From NCBI RefSeq assembly GCF_041737375.1, contig NZ_JBGSRV010000008.1, positions 88,500 through 152,499 of the forward strand: a stretch of DNA of 64,000 nucleotides. The letters are read 5' to 3'. Below the pieces are notes generated by a model, which was not told where the DNA came from, did not search any database, and worked only from the letters and a program-made list of their open reading frames with translations. The position numbers and the translations under genes were made by a program. Source of the DNA: Vampirovibrio sp. GTDB lineage: Bacteria > Cyanobacteriota > Vampirovibrionia > Vampirovibrionales > Vampirovibrionaceae. Position 1 is the first letter of the stretch; every line of letters begins with the position of its first letter. Below are positions 48,341-58,661 of this stretch, piece by piece.

Positions 48341-51087
48341 TGTCGATATTGCCTTTCCCAATGGCCATGAACCCTTTTTCCCAAAAGCTGCTGGCTCAGT
48401 CAGTCAACCTGAGTTACGCCGGTCGGGGCGTTTACCGGGTTTCTGAAACCCAGCCCAGCCGTAAAGGCGACTATTGGTTCCGTGATTTTGGTATGGTGAT
48501 GGCTTGTACCTACATGACGGAAATGGGTTTTCGTGGCACTGAGCGGTTTTATACCATGCCATTGCTGACCAGCGCCCTGGAGTTGCATGCCCTGAACACC
48601 AATCAGGGTCAAAAGCAGGTGATTCCCGATTACAAAAACAAAAACCAGCTGCTGAGCGCCAAGGCTTTATACCCCAACGCGTTTAACTACACTGATATGC
48701 CGGATGCCCTCCGCAAAAAAATGATGGGTACTGTCATTCGCAACAGTGCTGATTTGGTTCCTCAAACCCTGCAACAGGAAGCGCTGAAAGAAATCAGTGA
48801 GTTGAAAGTGGATTCAACGCTCAAGGCACCGTTCAAGGCACAGTTAAAGTCATTGATTGAAAAGCCCATGGATGCTCAAAACGCTTCCAAGGTGGGTGAG
48901 TACCTGGGTAGCGCTACCTTAAAGCCCTATGCCCAGGATCTGAAGCGTATTGCCAAGCTGGATAACCAAACCGCGGTGGATGTTGAAATTGGCAAGCTGC
49001 TGGCTTCAAAAAAAGAATCGCCCGGCATCAATGTCTTGACGGCTCAGGTGCAAAACGGGGTTCGTCTCATTAAGGCCCAGCAGTTGGGCTTTTTACTAAA
49101 CCATCTGGATCGCACCCTGAATTTCCAGCATTATCTGGAAAGCAATTTTTTAGAGCCGAAAGACAGTTTGAAGTCTGTTGGCTCTGTGATCCCTCGTCAT
49201 TTTGAGATGCCTCGGGCTTTGATGCGTCAAAACAAGTTTAGCCCGCTGGATGAAATGGGTGAAATTGTCTCTGATCGTTTGCAGTTTTATGTCGGCAAGC
49301 TGGATTCTCTGCAAAGCAAGGCCAAAACCGAGCTGCGGGCCTTGGCTGAGGAAGTTCGCAAGTTGCCACTGGATCAGCGGGATGATGTGTTCTCTAAAAA
49401 GATCGGGGCCATTGAGAATCTGCAATTTCTCTACAAAAAAGAGTCTTTGACCGACTTTTGGCATGTGGGGCCTGAAGATCGCACCGCCATGCAGGAAATT
49501 TATAAAGAGCTGTATTCGCCCGAAAATTTCAACCATGAGCTGAAGAATAGTGCGAACCAAGGGGCTGAAGGAAAGTGGGCTCAAAATTCGGTAAACTGGG
49601 AAAACGAGTTTAAAGTTCAGAAAGATCGGCTGCGAGAATTTCTGATTCATCCCCCGGAGCATTCCTCCACGGGGCCACTAAAACGGCATAAGGGCTACAT
49701 CTCTCCCAACCAACTCAACACCCAGTTGTCGCACTTTGAAGGCTGGTTTGAAACCATGGCCAAAAGTCAGGAAGTTCGGCACAAAACCCTGGATAATTTA
49801 TGGCGCTATCTGGGCGCTGATATGATGCTACAGGTTAAAAAGAAAGTGAAAGTGGCTTTTGAGGAAGTCAACAAGCTGTCTTTTGACTATTTGCCGGAAA
49901 CCCACGCTTCTATGGCCCTGAGAAAAAGCGATCCTTCCCAGCCAGCCGAACGGGTGAGCAAGCAGCAGTTGCTGGCGGCTCGTTTGGAAGATATGGGACT
50001 GGGTCGCTGGCTTGAGCCTCATGAAATCGTGAACCTCAGCAAGGATCTGGAGCGCCATCTGCCTAAAATGCCTGCCAATTTAGAACAACATAGCGTTGAG
50101 CCTGTAATGGACAAGGTCAAGAAAACCATTTGGGCTCATTTAACCGGCACTGTTGACTGGGCAACGCTGAAAAAAGTGGCCCCCGAATTAAAGAAGCATT
50201 TGGATCATGAATTGGAACAGCTGAAAGTATCGGCACCTGAACAGCATCAAGCGGCTCAGGCCACTCAAAAAGTACGGGGTAAACTGTTTAGGCATTTAAC
50301 CAGTACAAATGCCTTTTGTGTGGAAGCGAAAGACCTGGGCGGAAAGCCTGCTTTCAGTCTGGAAACCTTGTTAAAGCCCCTGTTTCAAACCCACAACCTT
50401 CACGACATTCAGGATGAAGCCGGTAACTTGGTAAAAAGCGCTGAATGGACCTTTAAAAGCTTGATTGAGGACGGCAAACAAAGCCGTGCCATCAAATCCG
50501 CCGTTGATAAAATTCAGAGAAATGGCACCTGGCCCAAAATGATTGCCACGGTTGCCCTGAATTTCATTTTCTATGGCTGGTTGGCCAGTCGTTTTGACAA
50601 TAAAGTGTTGCAACCCTACGAAGAAAAGCTGGTGGCTCGCAAAGGAACCTCTCAGGATATCGTGACTGCGGGCTATCTGGGCTTGCTTCCAGCTGGTGTG
50701 GTTCTCAGCCAGATGTTTGATGCAGCGGCGGTACCGGTCTTCAAGCAAATGAACCACTTTACCCGGTTTGCCTCGGTGGGTGGGGCGGCGCTGGCCACTT
50801 TTGCGGGGTCTACCTACGGGTTTTTAAAATTACTGGAAAAGAATACACCGCCTTTACCGGGCTATCCACAAGCCCGTCAATCCAATGCCTCTCAAATTGG
50901 TTTTAAAAGCCTGGCCTCTCAGCCCTTGAATCGACCAGTCCGTGAAAACGCCCCTGCCTTGGGCAATGCCGCCTTCCCCTCCTCAGGCATGAACTCCCCG
51001 TTTGCTTCTCGCCTTCGGCCCACCTTTTCTCTACCCCTACCTCGCCCAGAATCAGCGGCGGCCAACCCCTTTATCACTTACCCGTAG
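48340..51087 (+). CDS. Large hypothetical membrane protein
   Basis: 915 aa; charged helical middle; three C-terminal TM segments; Pro/Ser-rich tail. Confidence 0.8.
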   Translation: MSILPFPMAMNPFSQKLLAQSVNLSYAGRGVYRVSETQPSRKGDYWFRDFGMVMACTYMTEMGFRGTERFYTMPLLTSALELHALNTNQGQKQVIPDYKNKNQLLSAKALYPNAFNYTDMPDALRKKMMGTVIRNSADLVPQTLQQEALKEISELKVDSTLKAPFKAQLKSLIEKPMDAQNASKVGEYLGSATLKPYAQDLKRIAKLDNQTAVDVEIGKLLASKKESPGINVLTAQVQNGVRLIKAQQLGFLLNHLDRTLNFQHYLESNFLEPKDSLKSVGSVIPRHFEMPRALMRQNKFSPLDEMGEIVSDRLQFYVGKLDSLQSKAKTELRALAEEVRKLPLDQRDDVFSKKIGAIENLQFLYKKESLTDFWHVGPEDRTAMQEIYKELYSPENFNHELKNSANQGAEGKWAQNSVNWENEFKVQKDRLREFLIHPPEHSSTGPLKRHKGYISPNQLNTQLSHFEGWFETMAKSQEVRHKTLDNLWRYLGADMMLQVKKKVKVAFEEVNKLSFDYLPETHASMALRKSDPSQPAERVSKQQLLAARLEDMGLGRWLEPHEIVNLSKDLERHLPKMPANLEQHSVEPVMDKVKKTIWAHLTGTVDWATLKKVAPELKKHLDHELEQLKVSAPEQHQAAQATQKVRGKLFRHLTSTNAFCVEAKDLGGKPAFSLETLLKPLFQTHNLHDIQDEAGNLVKSAEWTFKSLIEDGKQSRAIKSAVDKIQRNGTWPKMIATVALNFIFYGWLASRFDNKVLQPYEEKLVARKGTSQDIVTAGYLGLLPAGVVLSQMFDAAAVPVFKQMNHFTRFASVGGAALATFAGSTYGFLKLLEKNTPPLPGYPQARQSNASQIGFKSLASQPLNRPVRENAPALGNAAFPSSGMNSPFASRLRPTFSLPLPRPESAAANPFITYP

Positions 51088-51116
51088 TGATGGCTGGTTG
51101 CTAATCGCTTGATTTG

Positions 51117-51509
51117 CTAGGATCGCCCTGTTTTGACCTGGCGAATGGCTTGCCCTTCGGACTCCCAGATTTCCAGCACCCGATCCATGTGGGTCAATTC
51201 CATTAAACGAGACACCTGATCGTTCAGTCCGTACAGGGTCAGGTTGCCTTTAATTTCCTTGCACAGCTTTAACAGGGAAATTAATACGGCAATGCCAAAA
51301 CTGTCCAGGGTTTCCACCTGGGCCAGGTTTAAAACCACATGCCGATGCCCTTCGCTCAGGAGTTTGGCCACATGGCTTTTTAAAATCAGGGTTTTGGGGT
51401 AGCCAAACTTGTCATCCACAATGTCCACCACCACACACTCCGCTAAAAACCGATTGGCCAGTTCCATGCAATTGCTCCCCAAACCTTCTTTGCCAGTTGA
51501 TTTTACCAT
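51117..51509 (-). CDS. STAS-domain anti-sigma factor antagonist
   Basis: VVLNLAQVETLDSFGI phosphorylatable Ser; AAGGAG RBS. Confidence 0.9.
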   Translation of the reverse strand: MVKSTGKEGLGSNCMELANRFLAECVVVDIVDDKFGYPKTLILKSHVAKLLSEGHRHVVLNLAQVETLDSFGIAVLISLLKLCKEIKGNLTLYGLNDQVSRLMELTHMDRVLEIWESEGQAIRQVKTGRS

Positions 51510-51734
51510 TTTTACTCCTTTTGTTTTGAGCCAATGATTTAAAATCGGCACAATGATTGATTCCAGCTGGCTTGATTGTTGTTTTTTGATTTACACAAAA
51601 TAGGGGATATAAAAATTTTTAAAACGGGCATAATGTTTGGGGAAGATGTTTATGCTTTTTGTCTGGAGCCGATTTTGAGGGCGTCTCCCTGAAGAGGCGT
51701 ATTAATCAGAAATGCAAGGGATTTGGACTAATAA

Positions 51735-52556
51735 ATGATCGATCGTATTTTTGCAGCTCCTAAAGGCCCCGATTTACAGCAGGGTATTGATTTTGCTTTG
51801 AACAACCAGCTGGATTATGAAATCCCCACATTTTATTATGTGGAAAATCTGGACAATCAGGAAGCCGAAATCGCCCGATATCGCCATTTACTGCGTGATT
51901 TTCATGGGATGCTTTCCATGCACGGCCCCATTTTTGATACCAATGTGGTCAGCATGGATCCAGAAATTCTGAAAATTTCGCAACACCGCTACCGCCAAGC
52001 CATTCAGGTGGCCAAAGCGCTGGATGTTCGGTATCTGGTGTTTCACTCCCAGTGGACCCCCATTTATACGGCGGCCAATGTAACCCGGCTGTGGCTCAAC
52101 AAAGTAACCGATTTTTGGGAACGGTTGATTGATGAGGAGCACCTTCAGGATTCTAACCTGACCATTCTGGTGGAAAATTTTCTGGATGACGTGCCAGACA
52201 CCATGAACACGCTACTGAGCCGGGTGGACTCTCCCCGACTTAAGGCCTGCGTGGATACTGGCCATATCAATATTTTTTCCGAGCACTCTCCCATTGACTG
52301 GATTAGGGAGCTGGGCAGTCATGTGGCTTATATTCATGCTCATAACAACGGTGGAGAGCTGGACAGCCACGATTCCTTTGAAAAAGGCATGCTGGATATG
52401 GAAGGCTTTCTCAATCACGTGGCCCTGCTTCCCCAAAAAATTCATCTGGCCATTGAAACCTCGACCATTCAAGGGCTTGAAAGCAGTTATGAGATGCTGA
52501 AGCCTTATTTAAGCCTTCAAAAAGAACAGTTTGCTTCCAAAAGCTTCCTGATTTAA
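51735..52556 (+). CDS. Sugar phosphate isomerase/epimerase (AP endonuclease 2 / xylose isomerase-like TIM barrel)
   Basis: HGP, VFH, VEN, DTGH, HAHNN...DSH, IE metal ligands. Confidence 0.85.
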   Translation: MIDRIFAAPKGPDLQQGIDFALNNQLDYEIPTFYYVENLDNQEAEIARYRHLLRDFHGMLSMHGPIFDTNVVSMDPEILKISQHRYRQAIQVAKALDVRYLVFHSQWTPIYTAANVTRLWLNKVTDFWERLIDEEHLQDSNLTILVENFLDDVPDTMNTLLSRVDSPRLKACVDTGHINIFSEHSPIDWIRELGSHVAYIHAHNNGGELDSHDSFEKGMLDMEGFLNHVALLPQKIHLAIETSTIQGLESSYEMLKPYLSLQKEQFASKSFLI

Positions 52557-52634
52557 TAGGGGGCACCTGAAGGCACCCCCTGAAAAAGATTGAGAGCTTT
52601 GAGAATGACCTCTTTTGAAGATTGAAGAGGGGCT

Positions 52635-53015
52635 TTATTTCTTAAAGAGCCATACGGACCCAATGGCTCCGGCCAGAGGAATGCCGATGGTTAAAGCTCC
52701 GGTAATCAGCAGCGGGTGAAAAAACAAGCCCACGGCCATTTGCATCAGTCCCAACGGAACGCCCACAGTCAGGCCAACAGTGGATAAAAGCCCTACCGTA
52801 ACGGCCGTGGCTTTTTTGGTGAAATTCCAGAGGGAATTAAGAATGCCACCCTCTTCCTTGTCCCCAAATTTCGCGAGGGGGGGGCGATTGGTTTGAAATC
52901 GGTCGTTTGGGAGTCCAGCCTTTTGGGTCTCAGGGCGCAGGTTTCGAGATTTGCCAGCCGGTTGGCTGGGCTTTGTTTGGCTGGATTGTAAGGGCTGGGC
53001 GATTGCATGAACCAT
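52635..53015 (-). CDS. Hypothetical protein with DRF...KFG leader and C-terminal TM hairpin
   Basis: AGGGAG RBS before MVHAIAQ; long Gly-rich hydrophobic C-terminus. Confidence 0.7.
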   Translation of the reverse strand: MVHAIAQPLQSSQTKPSQPAGKSRNLRPETQKAGLPNDRFQTNRPPLAKFGDKEEGGILNSLWNFTKKATAVTVGLLSTVGLTVGVPLGLMQMAVGLFFHPLLITGALTIGIPLAGAIGSVWLFKK

Positions 53016-53305
53016 AGTAAGCGACTCCCTGTTAGGGCTGGAATTTAGATTCTTGAAAGTATAAAACCCGCTCAAGGATTTTGTTGCTAGTGGGATTGTT
53101 CATTAGTCAATTCCTTATCCTGTTTGTGTTAGCCGCTTGTGTAAATTTGAAATGGGAGGTCGTTTTTTTGGCTTGGTTAACAATGACAGGTTAATTATAT
53201 TCTTTTGTGGGATTTACCTTTTGCATGGACTTGGTAGGATTTTGCACATTATCTAGTCGTTGAATGTGGTTATCATTAAAGTAGATTTAATATGAAGAAT
53301 GCGTC

Positions 53306-55585
53306 ATGATCGCTCTACAGGGTTATGAGCCAGAGGGGCTGCTGAACGCTTTGTTTCAGCAAGCCTGTGCAGGTCTGGCCATTGTTAGTAAGGACGGGTT
53401 TTTTTTAAGCGTCAATCCACGCTTTTGTGACATTACCGGATACTCTGAAGCGGAACTTCTGGAGCGAACCTTTGCCAGTATTACGTTTTCGGATGATCTG
53501 GAGCTGGACTTAAGTCAGGCTGCACTGCTATTTCAGGGGCAAATTGCCCAGTATGAAATAGAGAAGCGTTATATTCATAAAAACGGAACCATTGTTTGGG
53601 TTAGCCTTTCCTGCTCGGTGTTTGATGCCTGTAAGGGGCTGGGTTTGGCCGTGGTGCAGGAAATCAGCCTGAGAAAGCAAAGGGAGCAGGAGCTTCAACA
53701 GAGCCAGCAGCAGTTTCAGCGGATTATTGCCGGTTCCAACGAAGGTTTTTTTGATTGGGATTTGGTCACAAACACCATGTACTGGAGTGAGCGGCTTTAT
53801 CACATTCTGGGGATTTCTTCCAATGATTACCCCGCTAATCTGGAGACCTTGCTCTATTTTGTGCTGGCGGAAGATCGGGAACGAAAGCGAGCGTCAATTC
53901 AGCATGTCATAGCCACGGGTATTCCCTTGGTGGAGGAGTTTCGGATTCGCCAGCCAGCTGGTAAAATCCTGACGCTTCGATGTCGTGCCCAGCCGGAAGC
54001 CGATGCAAAAGGCCATGTCGTTCGACTTTCGGGAATGTTAACGGACATTACCGAAAACAGGCAACAGGAAGAGACTTTAAAGTTTAGTGAAGCCCACTTT
54101 CGGTTTGTGACTGATACGGTGCCTTTAACGATTTGGCTGACCAACGATCAGCTGGAAATCACTTATCTTAATTTGCCGTGGTTTGAATTTACCGGCCAAT
54201 CTTTTAATGAGGTTCTGAATCTGGGGTGGCTGGATAAAGTCCATCCAGACGATCGCGAGGCAACCCGTCTTCTTTTTTTCCAAACCGCCAGCCAACGCCA
54301 AAAAGTCCAGCTGGAATACCGCTTAATGCGCAAAGACGGTGTTTATTGTCACATGTCGTCTGTGGGGGCACCCTTGCTGCACCCCGATGGTGTTTTTCAA
54401 GGTTACATTGGTTATGTCATTGATATTTCTGAAAGAAAGCAGGTAGAGGCCGCCGTTTACCAGAGTGAGGAAAACTGGCGGGTCATGGCCAATTCGATAC
54501 CTCAGTTTGCATGGATGGCGGACGCTGAGGGACGAATTTTCTGGTTTAACCAGCGGTATTACGATTACACGGGGCTTCCGTTTTCTGAAATAGAAGGTTG
54601 GGCATGGACCCGACTGATTCATGAGACTCAGGCCGAATCGGTGATTCACACCCTTCATTTGGCCTGGGAAACTGGAGAGCCCTGGGAGGCTACTTTTCTG
54701 CTGCGAGGGAATGAAGGGCATTATCGGTGGTTTTTATCCCGTGCCATGCCCATTCGGAACGCTCAAGGGCTGATTACCCGCTGGTTTGGTACGCATACCG
54801 ATGTAACCGAGCTTCAGGAGACTCAGGATGCGTTGAAGCAAAGTGAAAGAAAGCTGGCCCGGAGTAATCGGGATTTGGAGCAATTTGCGGCCATTGCCTC
54901 TCATGATTTGCAAGCGCCATTACGCAAGGCCAAAACCTTTTGCGACATGATTCACGAAAGAGTCAAAGATCAGCTGGATGCTGAATCGCTGATGCTAATG
55001 GAGCGGGTTCATGCCTCGTTAGAAAGTATGCAGGCTTTGATTAGCGATTTATTGCTGCTTTCCAAAGTCTCCAGAGAGCCCAAAACTTTTCAATCGGTTG
55101 ATTTATGGGCTGTGGTGCAGCAGGTGTTGCTGACCTTATCGGATTTGATTGAAGAAAAAGAGGCGAGTATTCAGCTGGGTCCACTGGAAACGGTGTATGG
55201 CGATCCTGATCAGCTGGCCCAATTGTTCCAAAACCTTTTACAAAACGCCCTGAAGTACCAACCGGAAGCTCAAAAACCGGTGGTGGATATCCAGGTGTTT
55301 CCGTCAGAGCTTCAACGGTGTCAGATTGTGATTAGCGACAATGGCATCGGCTTTTCACCAGAGAAGGCTGAGCATATTTTCAGGCCCTTTGAGCGCTTGC
55401 ATGGCAAGCAAAGCCCTTACGATGGCAACGGCATCGGACTGGCGATTTGTCAGCGCATTGTAGAGCGCCATGGGGGACGGATTTGGGCGCATAGCGAAGT
55501 GGGCCAAGGTGCTACTTTTACGGTACTGTTGCCCAAAGACCCTCGCCACAATGAAATTTGGGATACTCAATTTCAATTGGCTTGA
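53306..55585 (+). CDS. Cytoplasmic multi-PAS sensor histidine kinase
   Basis: Four PAS/PAC repeats; H-box ASHDLQAPL; N-box QNALKY; DNGIGF; GIGLAIC. Confidence 0.95.
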   Translation: MIALQGYEPEGLLNALFQQACAGLAIVSKDGFFLSVNPRFCDITGYSEAELLERTFASITFSDDLELDLSQAALLFQGQIAQYEIEKRYIHKNGTIVWVSLSCSVFDACKGLGLAVVQEISLRKQREQELQQSQQQFQRIIAGSNEGFFDWDLVTNTMYWSERLYHILGISSNDYPANLETLLYFVLAEDRERKRASIQHVIATGIPLVEEFRIRQPAGKILTLRCRAQPEADAKGHVVRLSGMLTDITENRQQEETLKFSEAHFRFVTDTVPLTIWLTNDQLEITYLNLPWFEFTGQSFNEVLNLGWLDKVHPDDREATRLLFFQTASQRQKVQLEYRLMRKDGVYCHMSSVGAPLLHPDGVFQGYIGYVIDISERKQVEAAVYQSEENWRVMANSIPQFAWMADAEGRIFWFNQRYYDYTGLPFSEIEGWAWTRLIHETQAESVIHTLHLAWETGEPWEATFLLRGNEGHYRWFLSRAMPIRNAQGLITRWFGTHTDVTELQETQDALKQSERKLARSNRDLEQFAAIASHDLQAPLRKAKTFCDMIHERVKDQLDAESLMLMERVHASLESMQALISDLLLLSKVSREPKTFQSVDLWAVVQQVLLTLSDLIEEKEASIQLGPLETVYGDPDQLAQLFQNLLQNALKYQPEAQKPVVDIQVFPSELQRCQIVISDNGIGFSPEKAEHIFRPFERLHGKQSPYDGNGIGLAICQRIVERHGGRIWAHSEVGQGATFTVLLPKDPRHNEIWDTQFQLA

Positions 55586-56841
55586 TGAAAGTCTGTGTTG
55601 CGCATGTTGTAAGAAGATTTCAGGTGCTTTTCTGTTTTGAACAAGGCTTGTAATCGATTAAGCCAACTGGGCTTTGCCTGAAAGCGAGGCGATTGCTCCC
55701 ATTGCCAAGCGGTTTTGATGATTTGATTTAAATCATGACGGGGTGCCCAGCCTAGCGTTTTTTGAGCCTGATCGTAGCTAGCCACCAGCCGATCGGGGTC
55801 GCCTTCCCGTCGAGGGGCTTGTTCTACCTGAATGGGTTTTCCGGTGATGGTTCTGCATGCCTCAATCACCTCTCGCACTGAATTGCCGGTTCCCGTTCCC
55901 AAATTCAGGGCCAACCCGGTGTTTGGATGCTGTTCCAGATAATTGAGGGCTTTGATGTGGGCGTCAGCCAAATCCTGGATATGGATATAATCTCGAATGC
56001 AGGTGCCGTCCGGGGTGTTATAGTCATTTCCAAATTGCTGGATGGCCCTTTTTTGCCCTTTGGCCACTTGTAATACCAAAGGGATCAAATGGCTTTCATT
56101 GCGGTGGGCTTCCCCTAGTTTGCCAGCTTCATCGGCGCCTGCCGCGTTGAAGTATCTTAAAGCCACATAATCCATTTTTCCGGCTTCTTTCAGTTGGGCC
56201 AAGCTTTGCTCCATGTTGAGTTTGGAAGCGCCATAGTTGTTGATGGGTCTGGTTGGGCTGGTTTCCACAATGGGCACTTCAGTGGGGTTGCCATACACGG
56301 CGGCTGTGGATGAGAACACAAAGCGCTTTACTCCTTTGTTTAGCGCAGATTTCAACAGCTGAATGGTCTGGCTCACGTTATTGTCCAGATACTTCATAGG
56401 ATCTTCCTGAGATTCGGATACCGAAGCGCTGGCCGCAAAATGGACAATCGCTTTTACTTTAAATCGGCCCATCAGGCCCTGAACCTTTCCATCTCCCACT
56501 TTGGCTTTGACAAAGCGAATCCGCCCAGGGTAGCGCTTTTTGAGTGCCTGAATGGCCCCGAGATGCCCCTCCGATAAGTCATCAAGGACTACTACTTTTT
56601 GGCAAGCCGGTTTTTGCATCAAATATTCATTCACAAAATGGCTACCAATATAGCCCGCTCCGCCAGTGACCAGAATGAATTCGTCATTGGATACTTTCGA
56701 TATTTTTGATAGTTTCGATTTTTGGCTTCCTGAAAATGGCACAACCGGGCAAAGTGCCTGCTTATTGGCCATGCTGGGCGCTTGATTGCGTTTTGCCAGA
56801 TAGGAATTAACCCGCTTTTCTACCGGAAATCCAAGTTGCAT
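55573..56841 (-). CDS. galE: UDP-glucose 4-epimerase with N- and C-terminal extensions
   Basis: VTGGAGYIGSH, FSSTAAVYG, YGASK, LRYFNAAGA, DGTCIRDYIH; GAGGAGG RBS supports the long start. Confidence 0.92.
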   Translation of the reverse strand: MQLGFPVEKRVNSYLAKRNQAPSMANKQALCPVVPFSGSQKSKLSKISKVSNDEFILVTGGAGYIGSHFVNEYLMQKPACQKVVVLDDLSEGHLGAIQALKKRYPGRIRFVKAKVGDGKVQGLMGRFKVKAIVHFAASASVSESQEDPMKYLDNNVSQTIQLLKSALNKGVKRFVFSSTAAVYGNPTEVPIVETSPTRPINNYGASKLNMEQSLAQLKEAGKMDYVALRYFNAAGADEAGKLGEAHRNESHLIPLVLQVAKGQKRAIQQFGNDYNTPDGTCIRDYIHIQDLADAHIKALNYLEQHPNTGLALNLGTGTGNSVREVIEACRTITGKPIQVEQAPRREGDPDRLVASYDQAQKTLGWAPRHDLNQIIKTAWQWEQSPRFQAKPSWLNRLQALFKTEKHLKSSYNMRNTDFHQAN

Positions 56842-57026
56842 AATCCACCATCCTCCTCATTCCTTTTATAATTCCCAACTGGATTTTAGCGCTGTGGTAG
56901 GCGGAAATCCAGCGGTATGTCATTGGGCGCACTGTTCTAAGCGGGGCTGTATTTGTTAATGCAATAATGTTAAAATTGCCAGCTGTCATAGCTGAAGTCT
57001 GTTCCACTTTTACAAGGAGAAATCGG

Positions 57027-58172
57027 TTGCAGCGCGCTCATCGGATTTACAGTATTGATGTGTTACGTGGGCTGGTGATTGTTTTGATGACCGTTGATCA
57101 CGCCCGTGAGTTCTTTTTCAGAACCATTTCACTGGGCGATCCCATGGCCGTGGCCGGTTTACCGGTTGAGGTTTTTTTGACGCGCTGGATGACCCATTTC
57201 TGCGCCCCCACTTTTGTGTTTCTAGCCGGTTTGTCCGCTTATTTGTATGGCCAAAAAGCGGGAATCACCAAGGCTGATCTCTCTTCTTTTTTGCTGAAAC
57301 GAGCTTCTGTGTTGATTTTACTGGAACTCACTGTCATCAGCTTTGCCTGGACCTTTGTGCTGTCTCCCCTGAAAATTTATTTACAGGTCATTTGGGCCAT
57401 TGGGGTGGGCATGGTTTGTCTGGCTGGCATGATTTGGTTGCCTACCACTGTGATTACGGTGCTAACGGTGTTGCTGATAGCGGCCCACCCTTTGCTGAAC
57501 GACATCCGGTTTCCGGTGCATAGCGCCATGCATGCCTTATGGTCGGTGCTGCATCAGCGCAATTTAATTCCGGTGACCGAGGCCTTGTTGGTGCGCACTT
57601 CCTACCCTGTATTGCCCTGGATTGGCATTATGGGAGCGGGTTATCTCAGTGGGCGCATTTTTTCACCCGCTTATCCGCTGGAGAAGCGGAAGCGCTGGCT
57701 GGTGTGGGGTGGGGCGGCGTTGTTATTGGGTTATGGGGTGCTGCGGCTTTGCAACGGTTACGGGGAGGCCAGTCCGTTTGTGGTGTATGCGGGGCAGCCT
57801 GTGCAAACCTTCATGTCGTTTTTAAACCCCACCAAGTATCCGCCCTCTTTACTGTTCGCCTTAATGACTTTGGGGGCTACCGGTCTTGCGCTTGCTTGGC
57901 TGGAGCGACCTTTGGGTGCTTTGAGCCAAGTGCTTTTACAGTTTGGGCGGGTGCCTATGTTTTATTATATTTTGCATTTGTACTTGCTGCATGGGGCCGC
58001 TTGGCTTGCAGGTTTGCTTTTGGGGCTTCCGCCTTCTCAAAAGTTTAATGTGCCGCATGTGGGTGTGGTTTGGCTGATTGCCTTGATGGCCTTGCTGGTG
58101 GCCTACCCCATGGTTCGGTGGTTCGCGGCGGTTAAAGCCGCTCGTCCCCGCAGCTGGTTACGCTATATCTAG
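57027..58172 (+). CDS. DUF1624 / HGSNAT-like membrane acyltransferase
   Basis: IDVLRGLVIVLM..DH, THFCAP.F, KYPPSL, FYYILH; AAGGAG before TTG 57027. Confidence 0.88.
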   Translation: MQRAHRIYSIDVLRGLVIVLMTVDHAREFFFRTISLGDPMAVAGLPVEVFLTRWMTHFCAPTFVFLAGLSAYLYGQKAGITKADLSSFLLKRASVLILLELTVISFAWTFVLSPLKIYLQVIWAIGVGMVCLAGMIWLPTTVITVLTVLLIAAHPLLNDIRFPVHSAMHALWSVLHQRNLIPVTEALLVRTSYPVLPWIGIMGAGYLSGRIFSPAYPLEKRKRWLVWGGAALLLGYGVLRLCNGYGEASPFVVYAGQPVQTFMSFLNPTKYPPSLLFALMTLGATGLALAWLERPLGALSQVLLQFGRVPMFYYILHLYLLHGAAWLAGLLLGLPPSQKFNVPHVGVVWLIALMALLVAYPMVRWFAAVKAARPRSWLRYI

Positions 58173-58388
58173 CGGAATGAATTCAGGCGGCCTCAGACAT
58201 GGGCGGTGCTTTTTGATTAAATCAGGTCAGTGATTGCGGGTGTTCGTGCTACCATAATGGTGTCCTTTCAATAATTAACGTTTGCGAATGGACTTGAGCC
58301 CTTGAGAGCTTCTATTTCAAGGGCTCTTTATGATGTAGACATTCTGCAACAATACCCGGAAGCCTCTTATTTCAGGAGAGGAATAACC

Positions 58389-58661
58389 ATGTGCAATAAT
58401 CATGACGTACCCATCAGCGACCCTCAGGGGCAAGAATGCCATGTGGCAAACCCGGTTGGAATGGACTTGGCGGACTTTGTAGCATTGGCCCAGAATGACC
58501 GGGAAACTGCCATTCAAGTGTTTATGAAAGACGTTCCTTCTGCTTATCTGGATGAAGCCAACCGCCCCTTATTGGAGCAAGCCTTTGATGGCTACATTGC
58601 CTTTTTGAATGAACAACAGCAGCAGCAAGCCCCACAGGAGAAAAAGCATGTCCCTTGCTAA
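58389..58661 (+). CDS. Small acidic hypothetical protein A
   Basis: GGAGAGGA RBS; similar to the next gene. Confidence 0.7.
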   Translation: MCNNHDVPISDPQGQECHVANPVGMDLADFVALAQNDRETAIQVFMKDVPSAYLDEANRPLLEQAFDGYIAFLNEQQQQQAPQEKKHVPC

